From: Thalia democratica
Lineage: Eukaryota
DNA: 64,000 bases
Reading direction: 5' to 3'
NCBI GenBank assembly: GCA_965202585.1
Contig: OZ241830.1
Span: 67,518,001-67,582,000, forward strand
A model generated the notes under the pieces. The model searched no databases. It saw only the letters and a program-made list of their open reading frames with translations, and was not told the DNA's origin. Of this stretch, positions 23,469-35,000 are shown piece after piece. A program made the translations under genes and the position numbers. Within the stretch, counting starts at the first letter, position 1. Each line of letters starts with the position of its first letter.

Positions 23469-25380
23469 TATAATCTTGAAAGAACAAATACATTATTTCT
23501 CTTCTAATAATTAAGATCTCTTTATTTGTTTTGTAAAAATTGAAGCATGTAATGTTATATTAACATTATATACTAGCGTTGAGGATCGATTTAAAATCGA
23601 TGTGTAATTCAGCAATTATTAAGCTGTTCTGTAAGCGGGAGGTTGTGAGATCGAGTCCACTAGTCACAGTTTGACCCTTCGTGCAATTTAGACCCGTTTC
23701 CAAAATAACTACGTACAACTTGGCTCAAATGTAGCTAAAAACATTGTAAACAGAAATCAATAGTGTTATTGGTAAATCTTCAGGCACTTTCTCTCGTTTA
23801 ACTGCACTAGTTTAAAACATACCAGTTGGCTATAAATCTTTTGCACTAACTTAGTTTTGTTAAAATGTTCGAAATAGAGATGAAACGAATTTAAACTGTC
23901 GAAGTAATGGTTTTTAAGGTGGATGAAAACATTAAAATTAAATGTTTTGTTAAGTAAAAAGTTTTTTTAGAGACATATCAAACTTTCGTAAAATTTTTGT
24001 AAAACATATGTTTAAAACTTTAAAAATAATTTTGAGCACACGTTTTAATGTAATCATTTCGGTCTAAAATTTTAACTGTTTAAAGTAGTTATTAAAAGGT
24101 TTATTACAGTATATAAGGGTTTAATTATAAGTTTTCAATAATACTATATAGTAGAATAGTTTTCGAAAAAGTTTCATCTATAATGTATCTCATTAAAGTT
24201 GTCTGGAATAATATTAACTGTAATTTTAACGACAAGATGTGTTTAACTGTCAACTTACAACTAAGAAAAAATCTCGAGAATAAATTAATAACCTATTACA
24301 AACCGTCTATTTTATAAGCTAAAACTCGTTACTCAAACATTTTATTGCTAAAAGCTACCAAATTAAGTTTTAATTTGACCAATCAACTAACTAAAGTATT
24401 TGGTTATAGAATACAGACAAATAAGTGTTACGTTTAAGTACCTCTCTATGTCATAAGTGTAATATTTTAGTTTAATACCAATAGCTAATTCTACAAATTA
24501 TTTCACAAGTGCAAATATCTAAAGTTTTAGAGATACAAAATATTTATTAGTTACGATTTAATTTTTGTACTTATTTAAAAAAAGTTTATTAGTTACTACT
24601 CTTGTATAGCAGAAAAAATGTACTTTGCACAAATAATTTAGTTTTACAAACTTTTAGCTTAATTTTTTTTTTCTCTTCTTAAAATTATTTAAAAACGTTT
24701 TGAAATTAGTTTTAAGTTTAACATTTAAAAAAAATAATTTTAAGCTAATAAACTATGGATCCGCTTGCGATTTGGAACTTTTTTTTTTAACCGATAACCT
24801 TTAGTTATCTCTTTGCTGCATTTTTAATTTTTATCAAACTCACATCTAACTAGTTTTTTGGTAAGCACTAAATACATCAGAAGATTTCTTTTATTTATTT
24901 TTCAGCTATAAAATACTAAGCCAATAATAAAAAGCTTTGTTTTTAATCAAATGTTTATATTGTTAATAACTTTTCAGATCAACACATATTTTTTATATGC
25001 TCATCCATGTTAATACCATGGAAAACCGTTCACAAAACACTAAACTGTCTTCCGTATTTTTATTTAGAAATATACTGTTTTCTTTCAAAGTCAAAATGAA
25101 AATTGTAATTTTAAAATTGATTTATCTGAAGATTAAAATAGTCTTTTAGTTTTACAGAAAAAAGGAAATTATCTGAAAACGTTTTGTAACTAAACTGCTG
25201 CCAATAATAATTAGTAGTATATTTACTATTTGCATATTTAAAAAATGACAGTTAGAAAAACATTCAAAAAATTAAATAAAAAACTTTTAGTGAAAGGCGG
25301 CTGTAGTTTTTGAGTTTAAGACATAACAGGTAAAACTAGTATCAGATTGAAATTTTTACTATTCTTAATTTAATATGCAT

Positions 25381-25665
25381 CTTTTTTACTCTTTATTTTC
25401 GTAATCGTCTTTTTTTTTCGACTGACTAACTACGGACGATTCATACCAAAATATTTTTATCATATTCGTTTAGATCAGAGTAGTACAAAGCTGTATGCAA
25501 TAAAGAAGTTTAATATGACTAACAAATTAATTTTGCATAAAAACATGATAAATTATAAGATACATTTTGTAGTAGAAATCAGTTTAGAACATTTATAAAT
25601 TGAATCATTCTAGTTCTAGAATTGAAGTTAACTTAAAGATCGAAAACAAGTTCAAACTCACTTAA
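25381..25665 (+). repeat. ~280-bp dispersed direct repeat; second copy 31113-31383, third 58960-59244
   Basis: cttttttactctttattttcgtaatcgtc...acggacgattcata...gttcaaactcacttaa lies upstream of the truncated Kelch and downstream of the long Kelch. Confidence 0.9.
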
Positions 25666-25718
25666 AAGTTAAGGTTATTTAAGTTAAGGAAATTAAAGTT
25701 AAGGTTTGAGAATAAAAG

Positions 25719-26777
25719 GTGTTAACTAATACTTTTAAAACATTTTTAGGTCGGAAAAAATCTAAAGAAGCAGTGTTTGTAACGGCTTTTAAACTAAATA
25801 AACTTTTTCTACTAACAAACGTACCAAAACTAAGCAGAAAAATCGAAGATAATTTAACTGTTCAAAACGTATCCACATACTGCCAGATGTCATACATTTA
25901 CAATCTAAACGTTCTATTTAAAAAAACGTTCAGCTTCATTGAACGTTGTTTTGTAGTGGTTGCTGAAACTAAAAACTTTTTAGAAATAGAAGACATTTTG
26001 ATTGCAAGAATAATGGGTAGTTCTGGATTAAAAATTACTTCAGAATTAGAAGTTTTCAATGCTATAGATAGCTGGACTAGCTACAATACACAAAAAAGGA
26101 GCAAGCATGCAAAACATCTTTTTTTAAAGGTTCGGTTTCATCTTTTGCCCGATCGCACGTTGAAACACGTTATTGATAAATCTTCATACTTTTCTAAAAC
26201 TAAAGAACATGGTGCACTGTTCAATGCAGTTATGGGTAACAAAGAGAATTTTCCAAAAAAGTTGCTAAACAACTGCTACACCCATAGATATTGCGACCAA
26301 CATGATTTTGATATAGTTATTTGTGGTGTTTTGGATGAAATATTAAAAAACTCAAACAAAGTGTTTCACAAAACAATAGAAAATGTGAAATTTATTACTC
26401 CAAAGAAACAAAAAGCAAATTTTAACCGAGTGGTTTGTTTGAAAGGAGAAATTTATGCAATAGCAGCAGGTAACTACATGTTTAAGGAAGACAAAACTAC
26501 CATTGAAAAATACATTGCAAAAACGAATACTTGGGAGAAAGTTTCACAAATAGACGACAACGGAGGACGAAGTTCATTTTGCTGCTGCGCTTTCATGAAC
26601 GAAATATATTTACTAGGCGGCCGTTACCGATGGTACGTGACCGACTCCTGCTTGAAGTTTGATGCAACAAGCCGCGCTTGGAAGGGAGTCACGGAGATGA
26701 GCGAAGCGCGCCAGCATGCGGCGTGCGCCGTTTTCCAAGGAAGAATCGTAGTTTGCGGCGGGGAAGATGTTTTGTAG
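25719..26777 (+). pseudogene. Truncated intronless BACK-Kelch (KLHL-like) gene copy
   Basis: Contains a BACK domain (LTVQNV...SSGLKITSELEVFNAIDSW...VRFHLL) and Kelch repeats (IYLLGG, IVVCGG). It is nearly identical to 29211-30261 but starts with GTG instead of ATG, and homology stops abruptly at GGED, followed by a stop after 2 codons. Confidence 0.85.
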
Positions 26778-27423
26778 TTTAACGAATTAAACTCGTGATT
26801 TCAGAGTATATCAAGTATATTTACTTGCCTATTTTCTTTAGGAATTTGTCTTAGTTGAGCTTTGAGCTGGCTTATACGAATGATTATAATTAAAACAAAA
26901 TATTATTATCAAACTATAAAACTTCATCTAATAACAATCAAACGACGGTCTAAATCAATATTTATTTTACCTAAAAATAAAATCTATAGCTTAAGGTAGT
27001 ACTGAAAAAGTAAGTTTTAATTTTTAAAAGTGAAAATCATGCATATTAATACTAAGATACTTTATAAAAAATACAAAAATATCACATAGATAACCTTCTT
27101 TATTTTATAATATTGTATACTTATTTGTCTATTAGATTAATGGTTAAAATATCCCAGCGCATGTGTCTCTTTAGTTTTTAATAAAAAACTCTGTTACAAA
27201 TTTGTTTTTACTTTCAATGTTAATTTGAACCTTAAACCAACATAATAGCGTGAACAAATCTCTAAAGTTACATCTCTAACACTGAAATTATAGTATAAAT
27301 AATACTTTACAAACAGAAAGTCCTCCGATTAAATGAACACGCTTCGTTCTGACCCAAGCACAGTTTCCAACTTTATACTCCTTTCTCATAAGAATATATA
27401 TTTCAAATCAAGTTAACTGACAA

Positions 27424-27442
27424 GCAGCGATGGCCGAGTGGT
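27424..27442 (+). pseudogene. 5' fragment (19 nt, A-box) of a tRNA-Ser-like sequence (copy B 61003-61021)
   Basis: gcagcgatggccgagtggt matches the 5' end of animal tRNA-Ser(TGA) as I recall it. It is followed by short agaacttaacaat repeats instead of the anticodon arm, and there is no B-box. Confidence 0.55.
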
Positions 27443-29210
27443 AGAACTTAACAATAGAACTTAACAATATAATAATACTTAACAATAGAAGCAATACTAA
27501 TGCTCCGTTCAGACATAAATTCCACTCAACTGAACTAATGAATTAATTCAGTTATAAGAACAAATTTATAAACTAAAAACAAACCAACTAGCATGTCATA
27601 TCGGCACGCGTTTGTATTAAATGGTTTACACAATTTTTTATTCATGGTTGCTAATTCAAAATACTTATTCATCAAAGTGATTTAAATATTTAACAGAGGG
27701 TTACTGTAGGCTAGCAAGCTTATACCTTTTTTTCAATGGAAAAAAATAAGATGTTGTTAACCAATTATTTGCTTGTAATTCTAGTTTTAATGAGTTTTAT
27801 TTTTAATTAAATATTCATAGAATAGAATTAAAGGAATAATAAATATGGAACAATATAACATATACTTATGTTTCATAATAAATACTCACTTTACTTACCA
27901 GTTGAATTTTTTACCTTGATAGTGTTTATAACTGAACATATTTTTTGTAATGTGCAGGACGTAAGTTTAATGTGTGTGTATTAAACACTAAAAACCTTAA
28001 ATAAAGTTCAATTTGATTTATTTTTTATTTCAAACAAAATACTCAACGCCAGCTTTAATTTTTAGGTATAAATCATAAATTATTTTTTTTACACTGACTT
28101 ATTTTCTTAAATCATAAACAGAATATTAAAACTTCCATGTTCATTCGTATTATCTTGATTATGGTTATTTTCAACGATACAGATTTATTTTTACTATTTA
28201 TGATTTCTCCTTTGATGTGCTACTTGTCATTGTATTATCAAAGTAAAGTCTTTCAATAAATAAATTTAGTTTAAAATTTAAAATATAATTTAACTTATAA
28301 AGTAGAACTAAAACAGTTTAGAAAAACCAACTATTGGCTTAACTACACTGAAAGTGGACTAAAAGCTAAAAAATAATATTTTTTTATATATTCTTTGGAA
28401 AATTATTTCAAAAAAAATTATTTAAGTATATATTGCGTTGTTTTGTTCTTTTTGAATGTCATATATATTTCTGCCGTTGAAGTTTAAGCATATTACAGCC
28501 TAAAATATTTGACATAATTCAGTAAGATGTGTGTATTTAATTGGTTTTTAAACTAAAATTGATGTCAATCTTTTAACTTAATATTACTTTCTTACTAGTT
28601 AGTCATGAAGTTACTCTAAAACTACAGTTGAAACTGTATTAAGATTTTGCATAAAACTTACCTTTTTAATTTAAATTTTATGTTTTAAATTCCATATTTA
28701 AATAAAATAATTTTATTACACTCAAAAAAAAAACACATTTATAACTCGATCCATAAAACAAGTAAAAAATGTTATGACAAATTTATTTTTACTGTTAAAG
28801 TTATTATGGATACATAGATCAGATGTTTATTTTTATTTTAATGTTAAAAAAATAAATAATTTTTTTTAGGCAGGTTTAACTTAAAATGAGTTTTAAATTA
28901 TCAAAAAATCGTAGAAAAAGCTTTAGTTTAGTTAAAGCATGCAAAAACAATGCTCGAAAGATAAATGAAAACAAAAATAAGATAAAAGTTTTTGAAACAG
29001 GTTTAATTTTTTGTTTTAAAATATGTATTTCGGAAGTATTTATTTATAAACCTTATGATTATTTTGTCAACTTCAGATTTGCTATTAAACCAAGTTACCT
29101 CAGGATTTTTAGAAAAAACACAATTTATTTAAACGCTTTAAATATATTTTTTAATTGCTTCATAAATAACAAGTATATAGGAAATTTAAGTTAAGGTTTG
29201 AAAATAAAAG

Positions 29211-30665
29211 ATGTTAACTAATACTTTTAAAACACTTTTAGGTCGGAAAAAATCTAAAGAAGCAATGTTTGTCTCGGCTTTCAAACTAAATAAACTTTTT
29301 CTACTAACAAACGTACCAAAACTAAGCAGAAAAATTGAAGATAATTTAACTGTTCAAAACGTATCCACATACTGCCAGATGTCACACATTTACAATCTAA
29401 ACGTTCTATTTAAAAAAACGTTCAGCTTCATTGAACGTTGTTTTGTAGGGGTTGCTGAAACTAAAAACTTTTTAGAAATAGAAGACATTTTGATTGCAAG
29501 AATAATGGGTAGTTCTGGGTTAAAAATTACTTCAGAATTAGAAGTTTTCAATGCTATAGATAGCTGGACTAGCTACAATACACAAAAAAGGAGCAAGCAT
29601 GCAAAACATCTTTTTTTAAAGGTTCGGTTTCATCTTTTGCCCGATCGCACATTGAAACACGTTATTGATAAATCTTCATACTTTTCTAAAACTAAAGAAC
29701 ATGGTGCACTGTTCAATGCAGTTTTGGATAACAAAGAGAATTTTCCAAAAAAGTTGCTAAACAACTGCTACACCCATAGATATTGCGACCAACATGATTT
29801 TGATATAGTTATTTGTGGTGTTTTAGATGAACATTTAAAAAACTCAAACAAAGTGTTTCACAAAACAATAGAAAATGTGAAATTTATTACTCCAAAGAAA
29901 CAAAAAGCAAATTTTAACCGAGTGGTTTGTTTGAAAGGAGAAATTTATGCAATAGCAGCAGGTAACTACATGTTTAAGGAAGACAAAACTACCATCGAAA
30001 AATACATTGCAAAAACGAATACTTGGGAGAAAGTTTCACAAATAGACGACAACGGAGGACGAAGTTCATTTTGCTGCTGCGCTTTCATGAACGAAATATA
30101 TTTACTAGGCGGCCGTTACCGATGGTACGTGACCGACTCCTGCTTGAAGTTTGATGCAACAAGCCGCGCTTGGAAGGGAGTCACGGAGATGAGCGAAGCG
30201 CGCCAGCATGCGGCGTGCGCCGTTTTCCAAGGAAGAATCGTGGTTTGCGGCGGGGAAGATGACGAAGAAGAAAATTACTCGGAAACGGTCGAGTCGTATG
30301 ACGTCATCACCGACACTTGGTCGCCGATGCCCAGCATGATGGAAAGCAAAAGCAGGCACAGCGCAGTTGCGGTGAGAAGCAAGTATTACGTCATCTGCGA
30401 ACACGATTTTTGCGAGGTCTTTGACAGCGTTTGTAACAAGTTTGTTGCCTTAAAAGAACCGAATCTAAAATTTAGACGAATGAGTAAGGCTGTTTCAATT
30501 GGCAGTAAAATTTTTGTGTTTCGTTTTACTCAACCTAGTTTGGTGTTTATGATGTTGATAAAGACGAGTGGTCGGAGGAACTGTGTGAAATTACCAAAAA
30601 TGTTCAATGTTTTTCCTGTACAGTTGTACCATTTTGTTAATAAATTTGAAGTATTAATTGATTAG
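29211..30665 (+). CDS. Intronless BACK-Kelch repeat protein (KLHL-like); no BTB domain recognised; probable frameshift near 30545
   Basis: 484-aa ORF with an ATG start, a BACK domain and about 5-6 Kelch repeats (GG doublets, ESYD...DTWSPMPSM). A Kelch-like C-terminus (YDVDKDEWSEE) lies in another frame at 30548-30640. Confidence 0.88.
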   Translation: MLTNTFKTLLGRKKSKEAMFVSAFKLNKLFLLTNVPKLSRKIEDNLTVQNVSTYCQMSHIYNLNVLFKKTFSFIERCFVGVAETKNFLEIEDILIARIMGSSGLKITSELEVFNAIDSWTSYNTQKRSKHAKHLFLKVRFHLLPDRTLKHVIDKSSYFSKTKEHGALFNAVLDNKENFPKKLLNNCYTHRYCDQHDFDIVICGVLDEHLKNSNKVFHKTIENVKFITPKKQKANFNRVVCLKGEIYAIAAGNYMFKEDKTTIEKYIAKTNTWEKVSQIDDNGGRSSFCCCAFMNEIYLLGGRYRWYVTDSCLKFDATSRAWKGVTEMSEARQHAACAVFQGRIVVCGGEDDEEENYSETVESYDVITDTWSPMPSMMESKSRHSAVAVRSKYYVICEHDFCEVFDSVCNKFVALKEPNLKFRRMSKAVSIGSKIFVFRFTQPSLVFMMLIKTSGRRNCVKLPKMFNVFPVQLYHFVNKFEVLID

Positions 30666-32072
30666 CTAAGTGCCAAATAATTGTATAAATTGTACAGAAA
30701 TCTAAGACAAAATTCATTCAAAAACATCTTTATTAAAGCAACAAACAAGTAAAATCGATTTCGGCTAACGCTTTTCAATTACTTTAGTTAGCAACTAATT
30801 TTAAGATTAAATTTTGAGTATATAAATAGTTAGAGGTTACATCAGAAAAATCAATTAACACTAATTAGCATAATTGAGCAAAAATTAATTAAACATTCAC
30901 AATTCATAAATGCATATACAAAACAGTTTATCAGTAATTTAACTAAGATAAGCAACATTAAAAATAAAATAAAAATAAGCGACAAAATTCAAATAAAATC
31001 TATAACAACTTATAAAGATTAGATTTATAAACGTATTGTTGCTTACACAAATTAGGTTTACATGTTTTTATAAATAGAGATTCTAAAACACTTAGGTGAT
31101 AATCGTTACGAGCTTTTTTACTCTTTATTTTCGTAATCGTCTTTTTTTTTCGATTGACTAACAACGGACGATTCATAGCAAAATGTTTTTATCATATTCG
31201 TTTAGATCAGAGTAGTACAAAGCTGTATGCAATAAAGAAGTTTAATATGACTAATAATTTAATTTTGCATAAAAACATGATAAATCATAAGGTACATTTT
31301 GTAGTAGAAATCAATTTAGAACACTTATAAATTGAATCATTCAAGTCAACTTAAATATCGCAAACAAGTTCAAACTCACTTAAGAACCAAAAATACCCTA
31401 CAAACTTGTAACTTTTTAAAAATTATACAAAAACATTCATATTTTTGATAGCAGATTGATAAAATAAAATTTAAAAGTTAAAAAAACTAACAAGATAAAG
31501 TTTCAAACTTTATAATACAAAACTTTAAAAATTTTAATTATAATGTTTTTAAGGCTTGTAATTGATTATATGTTATAAAAACCTACATTTTATGCAATAA
31601 TGTAAAAAAAAGTGTCTTATTTCTAGATGTATAAATAGCATAAAAAAAAGTTAGTCATTATTTGAAATCATTACTGGTTTATAATTAGTTTTATTGTTTG
31701 AGACAGCAAACGAAGGAAAAATACAAATGTTTTTACTTTATACATTTTTATCAGTTTAAATTTTTAGTATTATAAAAAATCTAGGTATCACAAAATTATA
31801 ATTTCCTAAAACTTCAATTTTCTAAACGAAACTTACAATATAGTAAATAACTTTTAAAATCAACACAATTATAAAAAAGAGTGAAAATCTTAAGAGCTCT
31901 TCTGCAAGCTTATCGAAGGAAAAAATCTAAAATAACTGAAGGTTTGTGCTTAATAAGAAAATTTTTCAAACGTCCTTGATAAAAGTAGGAATAAAATTCT
32001 ACAAAAATTTACTAAAAAGGCATAAGCAGCAAAACAAACTAAAACCGTCAATTGAAATTGAGACGTGCAGCA

Positions 32073-35000
32073 TCAAACGACGTTGTGTTTGAACAGCACG
32101 TAGTTGGCCATCGTGTGGTTGCCCGACTGCCGGTACATCAAGCTGAGGTTGAAGGCGATCTCGTGCCGGAGGTCGAAGCTGTCCTCGCACACCGCGTCGA
32201 CCACAGTGGCAGGTGGTCCGCACTTCAACGCGTCCTCGTAAATGTGCACCGCAAAGTGGTTCAGCCCGATCTGGTGGAGGGCGCGCCCGATGTTGTACAG
32301 CGACTCCTGCTTGTTGTTCCGCAGCTGCCATTTCAAACATTATACAGGTTTGTTCAAGTTTTATTTGAAATATCAGCCTTTTCAGTTTATATTAAATAAC
32401 ATCATTACTGAAAGAAGGATATTTTGTTTACTTATCAAACAGAAGCTGACTCATGAACTTTCAAAAATTTTAAGTAGCTTTTATTGTTATTGAATGCACA
32501 AAGTTAAAATTATGTTTGCGGGTATTTATATCCGAATGAAATAAGTGCGGGTTAAAACTGTACTTACAAAAAACCTTTATATAGCTTTTATTAATCTTTA
32601 ATAGTTAACCTATCAATGAAATATTACAAACAACTTTGTTTCATTAATTTCAAAAACGTCAGCTTTTAGACTTTATCAAAACAAATATTCTAGCAAGAAA
32701 ACTAAACATTACCATTGAGGATCTTCAACGTAATAAACAGTCTATCAAAATAATCAAACCTGGCAATACTTGGCAAGGAGTGCGAAGGCTTGCGCGACAT
32801 AAGTGTGCTTGTTACCGCAAGTTTTCTGCGTGAGTATGTGGCAGTAGCAAATTCCCACTATCAAATGCAGTTCCGGATTTTCTTGCTCCTGCAAGTAATC
32901 TTGTTATTTATCAGATAAGTTTATTCGATAGCAACGACGAAAGTTGGTTTAAAAAAGCTACGTACGTTTTCTAAATGAATCTAAAGACATTTTTAAACTG
33001 TAAAAGTATTACTTTAACTTACACATTCACTTCTTTAATACATTACACAAAGATACTATAAGAGTTTCAAAAATTTATGAATTTTAGATATAAGTAAAAG
33101 AACGAGTTTAAAAAACTATATACTTTTAGTTTTTCTCAGAAAAGGATTAAAATTGTTAATAACGTTTAGTTTGCTTATAATTACTTTTTGAAACTTTACT
33201 TGGTTTTTAATAAAATATATTAGTGAACTTTTATTATGTACTATTCTGTTTTTGATAACTAAAAATTATGAAAAACAAATAAAGTACAGATACATCCACA
33301 AAAAACTGACAAACTTCTTCTAGTAGTTCGATGTAATAATTAAGTGCAGGTCTGAAGTTATTAGATGCAATATCTCCATGAGCGAACATGCTTTGAAGCG
33401 GGTAAACTTTCTTATCTTGTACCTGTAATTGTATACTTGCTTTTCGTGAATGCTTTTAAAAAGAAAACAGATTAACCACTTTGTTTTGCTAGTAATTAAA
33501 TTTGAAAATAACACTAAAACAACTTATCATTATTGCGAAAAACTTTAACTTACTCTGCAATTAAAAAGTGGTAAACATAACCAGTCATTAAAATAATACT
33601 TTACATTAGCACAAAACAAAAAACGTCAACATAAGTTTACTTACTATAAAGCGCATTATTGTTGTAAAAACAATAACTATTGGAATAAAATAATAGATAA
33701 CCAATACTGGGATATAGACAGTATTCAATAAACACGTATTTATTATCTTAGATAAAAAAAACCTTAAACGCAAAATTTTCTGCCTTGCAATTAATAATAC
33801 TTTTCTGCGAATTTTTTTGACACAATACTGACCGCCATGATTCTGTGGAGAAACCTGTGAGTGTTTTTGAGAACCTTCTGACTGTGAGACATCCTGGTGA
33901 CCACCTGATTGAATATATTCCACACGTGGTTCTGCACCGACGACTGGTCCTCCTTCTTCGACAAGATCACCTTCCTTCAATTGATATACAACAGGTTTGT
34001 ATGGAAACAATGTACAGTAAGACAGTGTTTGTATAAATGATGTTAGAATTTTAAACTTATATTTATAAAAAAAAAACAGTCTTTATTTCGGATGCCATTT
34101 ATAAAAGCACTAAAAGTTTTAATACAGTTTTTAATTTAAAAATGTATACTAAAATCCAAAATTAGCTGAAAATACTGCTTGATAAGTTTATTTATGTTTG
34201 TAAAATTAAAATTTAATAAAAATGCAGCAAAGTATTCATTATATCAACAAAACAAATAACTTGATTCAAACAAACTTGAGTATTTTGTAGGCGTAATAGT
34301 ACCACCCGCTCAACAGGCTGAACCTGAACAAAATAACTTCCAGCTTGCTTCTTGAAATTTTCGCGCGCGAAAAGAAGTTTTTCTCCTTCATAACGTGGTC
34401 GCTTATCAAACAGGCCTCCTTGTATCTTTTGCACGTGTTGAGCAGGTTCAGCAACTCCTTGATTGATAAGGTTGATTATATTGGTGGAGTCTTAGGTCGT
34501 AAAATTTTTTGTACTAAAGAAATAATATGCAGCAAAAATATTAAAATAGTTTGGAATCTTAAGTTGTAAACTATTTGTATTAAAATGGATTTTTTTGGTA
34601 TGATTTAACCTTATGTTAAAGTTGAGCTTATCTCACGGCATACGAAGGTCCAGGCTTAAGCTTTTAACTTTGTCAAACTTTTAACTTTTTAATAATAAAA
34701 AAAAAATTATGCATCTATCTTAAATAAAAATTGTTTCAATTAAGAACTTTTGATAGTTTGAATTAAAAACCAAACATAAAAAAACTTTTATATATAATTT
34801 TCAAAAAAATTAAAAACATTGTTTTTTATAACTTTTTTATTTTACATATAAAGGTTTCTAATAACTAAAATAGTTTTAAAAAAATTGAACGTAAGCTTTA
34901 CTAGTATTAATAACTTATTGTAATAAATTGCAGAACTTATAAAATCACTTAAAAAATTTTCACAGCATCAAAGCTCAAACATTAGTATGTATTACACAAA

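Larger units (their letters stand above)
21645..24050. repeat. Tandem duplication of a ~1.15-1.3-kb unit built from 2-3 ~158-bp subrepeats plus an ~820-bp body (copy B 55224-57629)
   Basis: Subrepeat tatactaatcattat...ctcaagttaaac...ttacaaacgagattcattcaaattg at ~21646, 21803, 22778, 22946 and 23105. Bodies ~21960-22770 and ~23260-24050 are collinear. Confidence 0.93.
1..30421. repeat. Copy A of a ~33.58-kb tandem segmental repeat
   Basis: Position 1 (aaccagtcattaaaataatac) recurs at 33579. The ORF track repeats with offset 33578 (up to ~4.4 kb) and then 33579. Confidence 0.98.

Noticed and set aside
28886-29194. 102-aa plus-strand ORF upstream of the Kelch gene
   Set aside because: Low-complexity K/N/F/I composition typical of AT-rich chance ORFs; not recognisable as a BTB domain.
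30105-30404. 99-aa minus-strand ORF (also 63684-63983)
   Set aside because: Antisense to the GC-rich part of the Kelch ORF.
31999-32493. ORFs 31999-32340 (-), 32052-32399 (+) and 32242-32493 (+)
   Set aside because: Alternative-frame or antisense shadows of the last GTF3C3 exon.
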